A stretch of DNA of 43,162 nt from contig JAWBTS010000001.1 of assembly GCA_039000375.1 (NCBI GenBank), forward strand, positions 1-43,162, read 5' to 3'. Positions 9,617-18,293 of this stretch are shown in pieces. The notes beneath the pieces are model-generated. The model was not told the origin of the DNA, made no database searches, and saw only the letters and a list, made by a program, of their open reading frames with translations. Within the stretch, counting starts at the first letter, position 1; each line of letters begins with the position of its first letter. Made by a program: the position numbers and the translations under genes. Origin of the DNA: Candidatus Aenigmatarchaeota archaeon (GTDB lineage: Archaea; Aenigmatarchaeota; Aenigmatarchaeia; GW2011-AR5; JAHLMP01).

Positions 9617-10255
9617 ATGAAAAATGAAAAAAGTTTTGAACAAAATAAAATCCTGCAAAGAGGGGCAGAAGCAATTATATATTTAGAAAACGAGAATATT
9701 GTAGTTAAAGATAGAATAAAAAAGAGTTATAGAATTAAAGAAATAGATGAGAAACTTAGAAGAATAAGAACGAAAAGAGAGGCAAAATTATTAAAGGTTG
9801 CTAGAGAGCTTGGAGTAAGAACTCCTAAAGTTATTAGTGCAGAAGAATATAAAATAAAAATGGAGTTTATTTACGGAAAAAAACTCAAGGATGTTCTTCA
9901 GAATCTTTCGAAAGAGAAAATTGAAGAGATTTTTAAAATTATAGCAAATTATATAGCACTTCTTCATTCAAAAGATATAATTCATGGAGATCTAACAACA
10001 TCAAATTTTATTTTAAAAGATGATGAAATATATCTAATAGATTTTGGCTTAGGCTTTTATTCAAGTAGGATCGAAGATAAGGCAACAGATTTATATTTAC
10101 TTTATCAATCGATAAAGTCAGCTCATTTTAATATTTTAAATGAAGCTTGGAATATCATTTTAAAAAAATATATAGAAAGTTATGAAAAGGCAGAGTTAGT
10201 TATAAAAAGATTAGGAGAGATAGAAAAAAGAGGAAGATATAGAGGTAGAGAATAA
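9617..10255 (+). CDS. bud32: Bud32/PRPK-type Kae1-associated kinase (KEOPS subunit)
   Basis: ILQRGAEAIIY...VVKDRIKKSYRIKEIDEKLRRIRTKREAKLL...IIHGDLTTSNFIL...IDFGL is the classic Bud32 pattern. The ORF track starts at a TTG (9545); the ATG at 9617 is used. Confidence 0.85.
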   Translation: MKNEKSFEQNKILQRGAEAIIYLENENIVVKDRIKKSYRIKEIDEKLRRIRTKREAKLLKVARELGVRTPKVISAEEYKIKMEFIYGKKLKDVLQNLSKEKIEEIFKIIANYIALLHSKDIIHGDLTTSNFILKDDEIYLIDFGLGFYSSRIEDKATDLYLLYQSIKSAHFNILNEAWNIILKKYIESYEKAELVIKRLGEIEKRGRYRGRE

Positions 10256-10668
10256 TGTCATCAAAGGCAAAACTTAAGGAGTTGCCCAAGTATGAAAAAG
10301 AAGAAGTAGAAAGACTTATAATAAAATTATTCAAAGAAGGAAAAAGGCCAAGTGAGATAGGCCATATTCTTAGAGATCAATACGGAATACCTAAGGTAAA
10401 GATGTATAACCTTTCTATTCGTGAAGTTATAAAAAAGCATATACCGGAAGAAAGGGAAAATGTTCCAGAAGATTTGTTTAATTTGTTAAAGAAAGCAGTA
10501 GTTATGTATAATCATCTTCAAAGAAATAAGAAAGATAAGAGATGTCGTCATGCTTTTCAACTTGTGGAATCGAAGATAAGAAGACTTGCCGAATATTACA
10601 TTAGGAAAGGAATACTTCCAAAAGATTGGGAATATTCCATAGAAAAGGCAAAGCTTATAGTAAAGTAG
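10255..10668 (+). CDS. rps15: Ribosomal protein uS15 (S15p/S13e)
   Basis: 137 aa. N-terminal S13e-type domain (EEVERLIIKLFKEGKRPSEIGHILRDQYGIPKVK) and C-terminal S15 helices. The start overlaps the bud32 stop by 1 nt (TAATG). Confidence 0.85.
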   Translation: MSSKAKLKELPKYEKEEVERLIIKLFKEGKRPSEIGHILRDQYGIPKVKMYNLSIREVIKKHIPEERENVPEDLFNLLKKAVVMYNHLQRNKKDKRCRHAFQLVESKIRRLAEYYIRKGILPKDWEYSIEKAKLIVK

Positions 10669-10998
10669 GAAATTTTCATTTATTTTTGATTTATTATTCG
10701 CATAAACTTTATAATTTATAAATTAGTTTTCTATTAAATCCAATAATAATTAATATCTCGGAAAATAGGCATCTGATAGCTAAAAATCTTTCAGCGCAAT
10801 AAAGGTTAATAACACTGAAAACAAAAATTTTTTACTATTTTGAAAAGCAAAATATCGTGAAAGATTAGAGCTATTAAGATTTTAGGAATTTGGCATTATA
10901 TTATAAGGAAAAGATAAAAATTAAGTTCAATATTTTATTTTGCTTTTTTATTTTTTCTTCTCATTATGTTTAAACTAAATCAAAGAAAATCGAAAAAT

Positions 10999-11325
10999 CT
11001 AATCCTTTATCTCTATTTCAATCTTTACATTTTTAGGTATTGTAATTCTAGTAATTTGTCTTAAAACTCTTGGGTTTGCAGATACATCTATCAATCTTTT
11101 ATGAATTCTTAGTTCCCATGTTTCCCAATTTCCTCCTCCGCCACCACGATGCATACCATCTCCACATGGAGTTCGCATAACAGGAACACGTAACCTTTTT
11201 GTTGGTAAGGATATTGGTCCAGAGATAGGTACACCTAGCTTTTCTGCAATAGTTTTTATTTCTTTACATATTTCATCAAGTTCTTTTGGAGATGTGCCTA
11301 TAAGTTTTATTCTTGCTTTTTGCAT
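10999..11325 (-). CDS. rps10: Ribosomal protein uS10
   Basis: MQKARIKLIGTSPKELDEIC...WELRIHKRLIDVSANPRVLRQITRITIPKNVKIEIE. The internal ATG at 11325 is used instead of the upstream ORF start. Contains a GGGGG run (11131-11145) in the extended loop. Confidence 0.9.
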   Translation of the reverse strand: MQKARIKLIGTSPKELDEICKEIKTIAEKLGVPISGPISLPTKRLRVPVMRTPCGDGMHRGGGGGNWETWELRIHKRLIDVSANPRVLRQITRITIPKNVKIEIEIKD

Positions 11326-11429
11326 ATCTATACTACCATTACAAAAATCATAAAATATAAAAATATAAAACAAAGATTTAAAGATTAAAATTATTTATTT
11401 ATTGCTTAACTTATATTTGGTTGATACTT

Positions 11430-13574
11430 ATGTTTGATGCAAAAACTTTAGAAAAGTTAATGGAAAAACAAGAAAATATAAGAGATATCTGTATAGCAGC
11501 CCATATAGATCATGGAAAGACAACTCTAACTGATAATCTTTTACTTGGCGCAGGAATGCTTGGAGAAGAGGTTGCTGGAAAAGCTTTATGGACAGATTTT
11601 GATAAGCAAGAACAAGAAAGAGGTATAACTATTTATGCAGCAAATGTAAGCATGGTTCATAAATATGAAGGGGAAGAGTACTTAATAAATTTAATAGATA
11701 CACCTGGCCACGTAGATTTTAGCGGAGATGTTACAAGAGCTATGAGAGCTGTAGACGGAGCAATAATTCTTGTTTGCGCCGTTGAAGGAGTAATGCCACA
11801 AACAGAAACTGTGGTTAGACAAGCTTTGAGGGAAAGAGTTAAACCGGTTCTTTTTATAAATAAGGTTGATAGATTGATAAGAGAATTAAAACTTACGCCG
11901 CAAGCAATGCAAGAAAGATTTACAAAGATAATAAACGATGTAAATAGATTAATACTTAAATATGCAGAAAAAGAATTTAGTGAAAAATGGCTTGTAAATG
12001 TAGAAAATGGTAGCGTTGCTTTTGGTTCTGCTTATAGAAAATGGGCTATTTCTGTACCTTTTATGAAAAAAACAGGAATAACATTTAAGGATATTATAGA
12101 GTATTGCTCACAAGAAAGAGATGATGAGCTTGCAAAAAAAGCACCTCTTCATAAAATTGTTTTGGATATGGTTATAAGACATCTTCCAAGCCCAAAAGAT
12201 GCACAAAAGTATAGAATAGATAAGATTTGGACAGGAGATAAGGAAAGTAAAATATATAAGGATATGGTTGAGTGTAATGTGAACGGAGAGCTCGCCGCTG
12301 TAGTTACAAAGTTGGTTCCAGATCCACATGCTGGAATGGTTGCTACTGCAAGAATATTTTCAGGAAGTATAAAAAAAGGACAACAAGTTTATCTAGTTGG
12401 AAAACAATTAGAAAAGAGGGTTCAACAAGTTCTTTTGTATAAAGGTCCACATTATATTCAGGTAGATGAAGTCAAAGCTGGAAATATAGTTGGCATAGTC
12501 GGTATTCCAGAGGCATTTTCTGGAGAAACAATAGCTTTACAGCCCATACCACCTTTTGAAGCAATAAAACATATATTTGAACCAGTAGTTACGAAATCTA
12601 TCGAGCCAAAGGATCCGAGAAATTTAACTAAGGTTATGGAATTTTTGAAACAAAAGAGTTGTGAAGATCCAACTTTAGTTGTAAGTATAAATGAAGAAAC
12701 AGGCGAATATCTTGTCTCTGGGTTGGGAGAACTTCATATAGATGCTAAAATAGAAAGACCTTTGAGGGATAGAGGAATCGAAATAGTTGCATCGCCACCT
12801 ATTGTAGTATATAGAGAAACTGTAGAAAAAGAATCTCCTATAATAGAAGGGAAATCTAGCAATAAACATAATAGATTTTATATCGTCGTAGAACCGCTTG
12901 AAAAAAGTGTTTATGATGCTTTGGCAGAAGGAAAAATCGAAGAAGGAATAGTAAAGAAGAAAGATTTTTGGAACATTCTTGTAGATTATGGAATGAATAA
13001 GGAGGATGCGAAAAATACAAAAAGTATATATAAGAGAAATGTTTTCATAGATGCGACAAAAGGGATTCAATATTTAAATGAGACTATTGAAATGATTCTA
13101 GATGCATTTGAAGAGGCTTGTAATGAAGGTCCTTTAGCAAAAGAGCCTTGCGCAGGATTAAAGGTTAAGTTAGTTGATGCTAAGCTTCATGAGGATGCTG
13201 TACATAGAGGACCAGCTCAAGTTATTCCTGCAGTAAAGTTTGCAATATATGAAGCTATGCTTCAAGCAAAACCAACGCTTTTAGAGCCTATACAGATAAT
13301 AAGAATAGATTTGCCAGAAGAATATATGGGAAGTGCAATAGATTTGATACAAAATAGAAGAGGACAGATATTGGATATGAAGAATGAATTAGGAACATGT
13401 ATCATAGAAGCAAAACTTCCTGTTGCCGAGATGTTCGGATTTGAAGCAGCACTAAAGTCTGCAACAAGCGGAAAAGGATTCTTCTCTCTTATAGACGTAA
13501 GTTTTGAAAAAATACCAGAAGAATTAAAGGAAATAACAATAAAAAAAATAAGGGAGAGAAAGAAGTTAGATTAA
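11430..13574 (+). CDS. fusA: Translation elongation factor aEF-2
   Basis: GTPase motifs AHIDHGKTTL, DTPGHVDF and NKVDR. Diphthamide-site context HEDAVHRGPAQV. The ORF track starts at a TTG (11421); the ATG at 11430 is used. Confidence 0.95.
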   Translation: MFDAKTLEKLMEKQENIRDICIAAHIDHGKTTLTDNLLLGAGMLGEEVAGKALWTDFDKQEQERGITIYAANVSMVHKYEGEEYLINLIDTPGHVDFSGDVTRAMRAVDGAIILVCAVEGVMPQTETVVRQALRERVKPVLFINKVDRLIRELKLTPQAMQERFTKIINDVNRLILKYAEKEFSEKWLVNVENGSVAFGSAYRKWAISVPFMKKTGITFKDIIEYCSQERDDELAKKAPLHKIVLDMVIRHLPSPKDAQKYRIDKIWTGDKESKIYKDMVECNVNGELAAVVTKLVPDPHAGMVATARIFSGSIKKGQQVYLVGKQLEKRVQQVLLYKGPHYIQVDEVKAGNIVGIVGIPEAFSGETIALQPIPPFEAIKHIFEPVVTKSIEPKDPRNLTKVMEFLKQKSCEDPTLVVSINEETGEYLVSGLGELHIDAKIERPLRDRGIEIVASPPIVVYRETVEKESPIIEGKSSNKHNRFYIVVEPLEKSVYDALAEGKIEEGIVKKKDFWNILVDYGMNKEDAKNTKSIYKRNVFIDATKGIQYLNETIEMILDAFEEACNEGPLAKEPCAGLKVKLVDAKLHEDAVHRGPAQVIPAVKFAIYEAMLQAKPTLLEPIQIIRIDLPEEYMGSAIDLIQNRRGQILDMKNELGTCIIEAKLPVAEMFGFEAALKSATSGKGFFSLIDVSFEKIPEELKEITIKKIRERKKLD

Positions 13575-13626
13575 AACAAGATATAAATTCTATAGTAAAA
13601 ATTTATATTAATTCATCTTAAAAATA

Positions 13627-13854
13627 ATGTGTATGATAAAATTTCATAGGTGTGATATTTGTAAAAGAAGATTTAGAGCAGATCAGGTAGGGAGAATTCA
13701 AATTGTAAAAAGATTGCAAAAAGGAAAAAAAGAATTTTGGTTATGTGCAACTTGCACAGAAAAAATATTTATAGAAAGAGTTAAAGATATCATTCCGAAT
13801 ATAGAAAAAGAAGGTGAATATGAAAAAGAAAAAGATGGTAAGGAAGAAACATAA
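13627..13854 (+). CDS. Small zinc-ribbon protein, function unknown
   Basis: 75 aa with CDIC...CATC Cys pairs and an acidic/lysine tail. Its 3' end overlaps the trpS start region. Confidence 0.4.
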   Translation: MCMIKFHRCDICKRRFRADQVGRIQIVKRLQKGKKEFWLCATCTEKIFIERVKDIIPNIEKEGEYEKEKDGKEET

Positions 13855-14989
13855 AAAAGATTTTGAAGTAACTCCGTGGAGCGTTGAAGGTAAAGTCGAT
13901 TACGATAGGCTAACAAAGGAATTTGGACTAAAATTAATAGATAATAAAATTTTAGAAAGAATAAAAAAGCATACAAATGAATTGCATCTTTTTCTAAGAA
14001 GAAAAATTTTCTTTGCTCACAGGGATTTAGACTGGATATTAGATAAATATGAACAAGGAGAAAAATTTTTCTTATATACAGGAAGAGGTCCATCAGGAAG
14101 AACTCATATAGGGCATATGATTCCATGGATATTTACGAAGTGGCTTCAAGATAAATTTGATTGTGAGTTATATTTTCAAATTACGGATGATGAAAAGTTT
14201 TTGATTAAAAAGCAAAGTTTTGAAGAGATAGAAAAAAATGTAGAAGAGAATCTTTTAGACATAGCAGCAATTGGTTTTAATCCAGAAAAAACATATATTA
14301 TTCAAAATACAAAGGACATAAAATTGTTATACAAGATAGCAATAAAAATTGCTCGCAATGTTACATACTCAACGGCAAGCGCGGTATTTGGTTTTAAAAA
14401 AGAATCTAATATTGGAATAATATTCTTTCCAGCATTGCAAGCTTCTCCATGCTTTCTTCCAAGTGTGTTAAATAAAAAGAATATACCATGCTTAATACCA
14501 GCTGCTGTAGATCAAGACCCTTATTGGCGTGGTATAGCTAGATACGTTGCGCCGAAATTAGGTTTTTATAAACCAGCACAAATTCATTCCAAACTTCTTC
14601 CTGGATTAAAGGGAGAGAAAATGTCATCTTCTGAGCCAGAAAGTTGTATATTCACAACAGATTCAGAAGATGATATTGAAAGAAAAGTTTGGAAAGCATT
14701 GACAGGAGGTCAGAAAAGTTTGAAAGAACAAAAGGAGAAAGGAGGAGACCCTGATATTTGCTTAGTTTATAAATATCTGTTTTACCTCTTTGAAGAAAAT
14801 GATGAAAAAATAGAAAAGATATATAATGAGTGCAAATCAGGAGAAAGATTTTGCGGTGATTGTAAGAAATATTTGGCAGATAAGATAAAGGAATTTTTAA
14901 GAGAACATAAGAAAAAGAGAAGTATGGTAAAAATAGAAGACTATAAAAAGAATTTAAATGTATTAGAAGAAAAGTTAAATAAGGGGTGA
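13820..14989 (+). CDS. trpS: Tryptophanyl-tRNA synthetase (archaeal/eukaryotic type)
   Basis: VTPWSVEGKVDYDRLTKEFG, HIGH-type motif GRTHIGHMIPW, and KMSKS-type motif GEKMSSSEP. The ORF track starts at a GTG (13814); the ATG at 13820 is used. Confidence 0.9.
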   Translation: MKKKKMVRKKHKKDFEVTPWSVEGKVDYDRLTKEFGLKLIDNKILERIKKHTNELHLFLRRKIFFAHRDLDWILDKYEQGEKFFLYTGRGPSGRTHIGHMIPWIFTKWLQDKFDCELYFQITDDEKFLIKKQSFEEIEKNVEENLLDIAAIGFNPEKTYIIQNTKDIKLLYKIAIKIARNVTYSTASAVFGFKKESNIGIIFFPALQASPCFLPSVLNKKNIPCLIPAAVDQDPYWRGIARYVAPKLGFYKPAQIHSKLLPGLKGEKMSSSEPESCIFTTDSEDDIERKVWKALTGGQKSLKEQKEKGGDPDICLVYKYLFYLFEENDEKIEKIYNECKSGERFCGDCKKYLADKIKEFLREHKKKRSMVKIEDYKKNLNVLEEKLNKG

Positions 14990-15012
14990 TAATAATTCTA
15001 GTTAAACATATA

Positions 15013-15432
15013 ATGAGAAAAAATGTATTTGTATTTTCAAAAAATGCTACCATAAAAGATGTTATAGATATAATGATAGAAAATAACATAGGTTCTGTAA
15101 TAATTCTCGAAAATGAAAAGGTTGTTGGAATAGTTACAGAAAGAGATTTGGTTACAAAGGTTTTAACAAAAGGGCTGGATTTAAATCTTCCAGTAAAAGA
15201 AATAATGAGCTCCCCTGTAATTACAATTTCTCCTAACGAAAGTGTAGAAAAAGCAGCAGAAATAATGACAGAAAATAAAATAAAAAAATTGCCAGTCGTT
15301 GAGAATGATAAACTTTTGGGTATAATAACTTTGACAGATATAGTTGCAAGCGGGGTAAAATTAGAGGAAGAAGTTTTGAAAGAACTTTCTAACTGGTTTC
15401 CAGTGAGGAAAACTGGAAAGGTGGCTGGATAA
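15013..15432 (+). CDS. CBS-domain pair protein
   Basis: Two CBS repeats (IGSVIILENEKVVGIVTERDL; IKKLPVVENDKLLGIITLTDI). The ORF track starts at a GTG (14986); the ATG at 15013 is used. Confidence 0.75.
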   Translation: MRKNVFVFSKNATIKDVIDIMIENNIGSVIILENEKVVGIVTERDLVTKVLTKGLDLNLPVKEIMSSPVITISPNESVEKAAEIMTENKIKKLPVVENDKLLGIITLTDIVASGVKLEEEVLKELSNWFPVRKTGKVAG

Positions 15433-15462
15433 CATATTTATAATTTTAATAAAATTTAGATT

Positions 15463-15825
15463 ATGATGATTTCTGATAAACAACTGATGAGAATTTCATT
15501 AATCATTACTATTTTAGGAATAATATTTCTTTCCATTTTTTCAATTTTAACAACTTATAAGGAAGTTAAGATAGACGAGATAGATTATAACATGATTGGT
15601 TATAAAATTAAAATTTTTGGGAGAGTTGCTAATGATCCAAAACTATCTAAAAATACTTTACTTTTCGTTCTTTCTGATGAGAACAACAATAAAATAAATG
15701 TTGTGATGTTTAACGTGAAAGAGATTTTTATAAGTAAGGGAAGCAGGATTTTAATTTTGGGTAGAGTTGGAGAGTACAACAATGAGCTTGAAATAATAGC
15801 AAGCAAGATAGAAGTTATAGAGTAG
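15463..15825 (+). CDS. Membrane-anchored OB-fold (tRNA_anti-like) protein
   Basis: N-terminal TM helix (ISLIITILGIIFLSIFSIL), then a beta-rich segment KIFGRVAN...LILGRVGEYNNELEIIASKIEVIE typical of small archaeal OB-fold proteins. Confidence 0.45.
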   Translation: MMISDKQLMRISLIITILGIIFLSIFSILTTYKEVKIDEIDYNMIGYKIKIFGRVANDPKLSKNTLLFVLSDENNNKINVVMFNVKEIFISKGSRILILGRVGEYNNELEIIASKIEVIE

Positions 15826-15829
15826 AAAA

Positions 15830-16885
15830 TTAGAATTTTTCTATTACTTCAAAATTACTAAGTTTTTTTATTCCATTTTTTATATAAACTACATTCTCTA
15901 TTCTACAACCAAAATTTTGAGTATAAATTGCAGGCTCTATAGTAAAGACCATACCATCTTTTAATTCTTCATCGCTATTCGGAGAGATATTTGGAAGTTC
16001 ATGAACCTCTAAGCCAATTCCATGACCAAGCGCATGCTTTAATTCATGCCCAGAAGAAATTTTGAGAAATTTATTTATACCTTTAAAAATTTCACTTATA
16101 TTTTTAGTGTATTTCATTAATTCAAGCGTTTTTACATAAGCTTTTCTAACAGATTCTATTATTTTTCTTTTTTTCTTGTTTAAATCTTCTAAAACGAAAG
16201 GGATTGTAACATCACAACAATATCCATCATATCTAATTCCAAAATCTACTATACAAAAATCCTTTATAATCTTTGAAGAATATGATGGTATAGGATGAAT
16301 CATTGCAGTTCTATTTCCACTTGTTACTATTGGATTAAATGCTAATGAAGCTTTATCATAGTTTGCGATAACACCCTTTATCATTTTTACTATTTCGTTT
16401 TCTTTAGTTTTTTTAGAGATATTTTCTTTTATCTCATTTATACATTCTTCTGCAATTTTACAAGAAATTTTTATTTTTCTTATTTCTTCATCACTTTTTA
16501 TTTCTCTAATTTTTGCTATTATCTTACTTATATTTACGAGCTTCTTTCCTTTTAGAAATTTTCTAAGAGACAGTGGAAAATTTTCTTCGTTTATTCCAAT
16601 AACCTTCGCTTCTTTTAAATTTTCTACTATATTTTCTTTGCTAATAGGATTTTTTGCTTTTAATATCTCAATATTCTTTTCTTTCAAGTCCTCTAAAAAA
16701 GATGTTATTAACTTTATTTTCTTATTTGATACTATCAATATACATGAGAAATCATATATTGGAGTTGAAATAAAATAATCGATATTTACCTCTCTAATAC
16801 TTTTTGTATTTATAAGAATTATTGCGTCCAAGTTTTCTTCTTTCATCAATAAATTGATTTTTTTCATTTTCTCATAGAGTGTCAT
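15830..16885 (-). CDS. M24-family Xaa-Pro aminopeptidase/dipeptidase
   Basis: Metal-ligand context HALGHGIGLEVHELP, MVFTIEPAIY and IENVVYI. Overlaps the 3' end of trm56 by 14 nt. Confidence 0.8.
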   Translation of the reverse strand: MTLYEKMKKINLLMKEENLDAIILINTKSIREVNIDYFISTPIYDFSCILIVSNKKIKLITSFLEDLKEKNIEILKAKNPISKENIVENLKEAKVIGINEENFPLSLRKFLKGKKLVNISKIIAKIREIKSDEEIRKIKISCKIAEECINEIKENISKKTKENEIVKMIKGVIANYDKASLAFNPIVTSGNRTAMIHPIPSYSSKIIKDFCIVDFGIRYDGYCCDVTIPFVLEDLNKKKRKIIESVRKAYVKTLELMKYTKNISEIFKGINKFLKISSGHELKHALGHGIGLEVHELPNISPNSDEELKDGMVFTIEPAIYTQNFGCRIENVVYIKNGIKKLSNFEVIEKF

Positions 16886-17423
16886 CTTTTATCACTTTTT
16901 TACCACGTTCACTTGGAATTACTCTTATTCTCGCGTTTTCGAATTCTCTATAAAGTTCCGCACCATCAAATATTCTATCTAAAAATATCGTAAGAGCTGC
17001 GATCTCACTATGCGGTTGGTTTGTTATAGCTATGTTGTAATCTGCTAACTCGTAAACTTCTCTAGGAACCTTCTCACTCCCTACTATTACTACGATATTT
17101 TTCTTATCTTTTATTTCATCTATTAAATTTTGTATTGGAATTCCATACATTGTTAAATGCACTACAGAATATTCTTTGTTCTTTAATTCTTTTAATAATG
17201 TTTTCCAATTTTCAGAATATTCTATTTGGAAATCTCCGCCCCATTTCTCAACGACTTTCTTTATCCTTTTTTCCAATTCCTCATCTTTATCTCCTGTGTA
17301 AAAACATTTTTTAGCAGAAAATGCTCTTGCAACTAAGATAACATGAGTTGTAACTCTTCTATCTCTATTCTTTCTATGAGAAAGTCTTAATACAATAACA
17401 TCTTTTTTTCCCTTATCATTCAT
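16872..17423 (-). CDS. trm56: tRNA (cytidine56-2'-O)-methyltransferase aTrm56 (SPOUT)
   Basis: VIVLRLSHRKNRDRRVTTHVILVARAFSA resembles the aTrm56 N-terminal signature (LRLGHR..RDKR.TTHV.L.ARAFGA). About 180 aa. Confidence 0.75.
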   Translation of the reverse strand: MNDKGKKDVIVLRLSHRKNRDRRVTTHVILVARAFSAKKCFYTGDKDEELEKRIKKVVEKWGGDFQIEYSENWKTLLKELKNKEYSVVHLTMYGIPIQNLIDEIKDKKNIVVIVGSEKVPREVYELADYNIAITNQPHSEIAALTIFLDRIFDGAELYREFENARIRVIPSERGKKVIKDDTL

Positions 17424-17464
17424 TTTGCCTCTCTAAGCATATCTAACTCTCAAATAATAAAAAG

Positions 17465-18079
17465 TTATTTAAGAAAGCATATCACATAAAAAAATTTATT
17501 TTCACCTACTTTTACATTTCTTATTATTTTAATTTCTCTTATCTTTTTTCTATATTTAGATCTTCTAAATAATTTCATAACTGTTGTTATACTCCAGCTT
17601 CTCGTTGTATATGGCATACCTTCTATAAATCTTTTCTCATATTTTTTTCTACCCTCTCTAAAATCAATCACAACTATTCTTTTCGATACTCTTAGCATTT
17701 CATCAATAGCTAAGCTAGCACCAAAAAGAAGATTGTTCTTATTTTCTCCTACAGAGGCTATTGTATTTCCAAGACAAATGCAACAATCTACAGTAGAGTC
17801 TTTGAATGGTAATGCTCTAGCATCCCCTAAAATATAGAATGCGTTACACATTTTTTTAGCTTCTTTTATCATATTCAAAGAAAAGTCCAAACCGATCACA
17901 AAAAAATTTTTCTGTTTCAGGAATCTTACATGCCTTCCAGCTCCACAGCCAACATCTATTATTGAATTAGCAAAGTTAGAAATCTCATTTAGCATCTTTT
18001 TTTCATGTGGAAAAAGACCCTTTCCATACCATCTTTTCTTTGCATATATGCTAGCTATATTTTCCCATTCTATTCTCAT
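17465..18079 (-). CDS. Class I SAM-dependent methyltransferase
   Basis: Motif I IIDVGCGAGRHVRFL followed by VIGLDFS. Substrate unknown. Confidence 0.7.
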   Translation of the reverse strand: MRIEWENIASIYAKKRWYGKGLFPHEKKMLNEISNFANSIIDVGCGAGRHVRFLKQKNFFVIGLDFSLNMIKEAKKMCNAFYILGDARALPFKDSTVDCCICLGNTIASVGENKNNLLFGASLAIDEMLRVSKRIVVIDFREGRKKYEKRFIEGMPYTTRSWSITTVMKLFRRSKYRKKIREIKIIRNVKVGENKFFYVICFLK

Positions 18080-18125
18080 TTGATTTTAAATTAAAAAATA
18101 AAACATAAAAATAGCCCCGCTCGGA

Positions 18126-18136
18126 TTCTCGAAAAA
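18126..18136 (-). other. 11-nt T-loop (59/60) intron of tRNA-Gln
   Basis: The T region is UUCGAA-UUUUUCGAGAA-U. UUCG pairs 4/4 with CGAG, and both strands carry an AA|U bulge. Removal restores UUCGAAU. Confidence 0.7.
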
Positions 18137-18157
18137 TTCGAACCGAGGTCTTCGGCT

Positions 18158-18199
18158 TTCTTCGTTAGCTCATCTTTTTTCGCATCTTTGGATTAATCT
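18158..18199 (-). other. Canonical 37/38 intron of tRNA-Gln (42 nt)
   Basis: CUUU (32-35) pairs with GAAG at the intron 3' end. The 3-nt bulges GG|A and AA|A flank this 4-bp helix (bulge-helix-bulge). Confidence 0.75.
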
Positions 18200-18261
18200 C
18201 CAAAGGCCGATATGCTTGACCGCTACACCACGGGGCTTTATATTTTATTCATTTATTTAAG

Positions 18262-18271
18262 ATTTATAATA
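18262..18271. promoter_or_regulatory. Shared palindromic TATA element between tRNA-Gln and thrS
   Basis: ATTTATAAT: the minus strand reads TTATAAAT at -32 to -25 from tRNA position +1, and the plus strand reads TTTATAAT at -30 to -23 from the thrS ATG (18294). Confidence 0.35.
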
Positions 18272-18293
18272 TTTTCGCAAGATTAACAATTTT

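Larger units (their letters stand above)
18112..18237 (-). tRNA. tRNA-Gln (UUG) with two predicted introns
   Basis: Hand fold: acceptor AGCCCCG/CGGGGCU, D arm GUGU-AGCGGUCAA-GCAU, anticodon stem UCGGC/GCCGA, loop CUUUGG|A, T stem CUCGG/CCGAG. 126 nt = 73 mature + 42 + 11. No encoded CCA. Confidence 0.85.

Noticed and set aside
12108-13070. Minus-strand ORFs (73 and 131 aa) inside fusA
   Set aside because: They are antisense to aEF-2. Their composition is Phe/Ile/Tyr-rich noise with no motifs.
13698-15089. Minus-strand ORFs 13698-14126 and 14652-15089
   Set aside because: They are antisense to trpS and the CBS gene. The sequences are hydrophobic and low-complexity, and the plus-strand genes carry clear HIGH/KMSKS and CBS motifs.
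15463-15500. AUGAUGA-UUU-CUGA-...-CUGAUGAG resembling C, D' and C' boxes
   Set aside because: It lies at the 5' end of a coding ORF, the box spacing is 3 nt, and no downstream D box exists.
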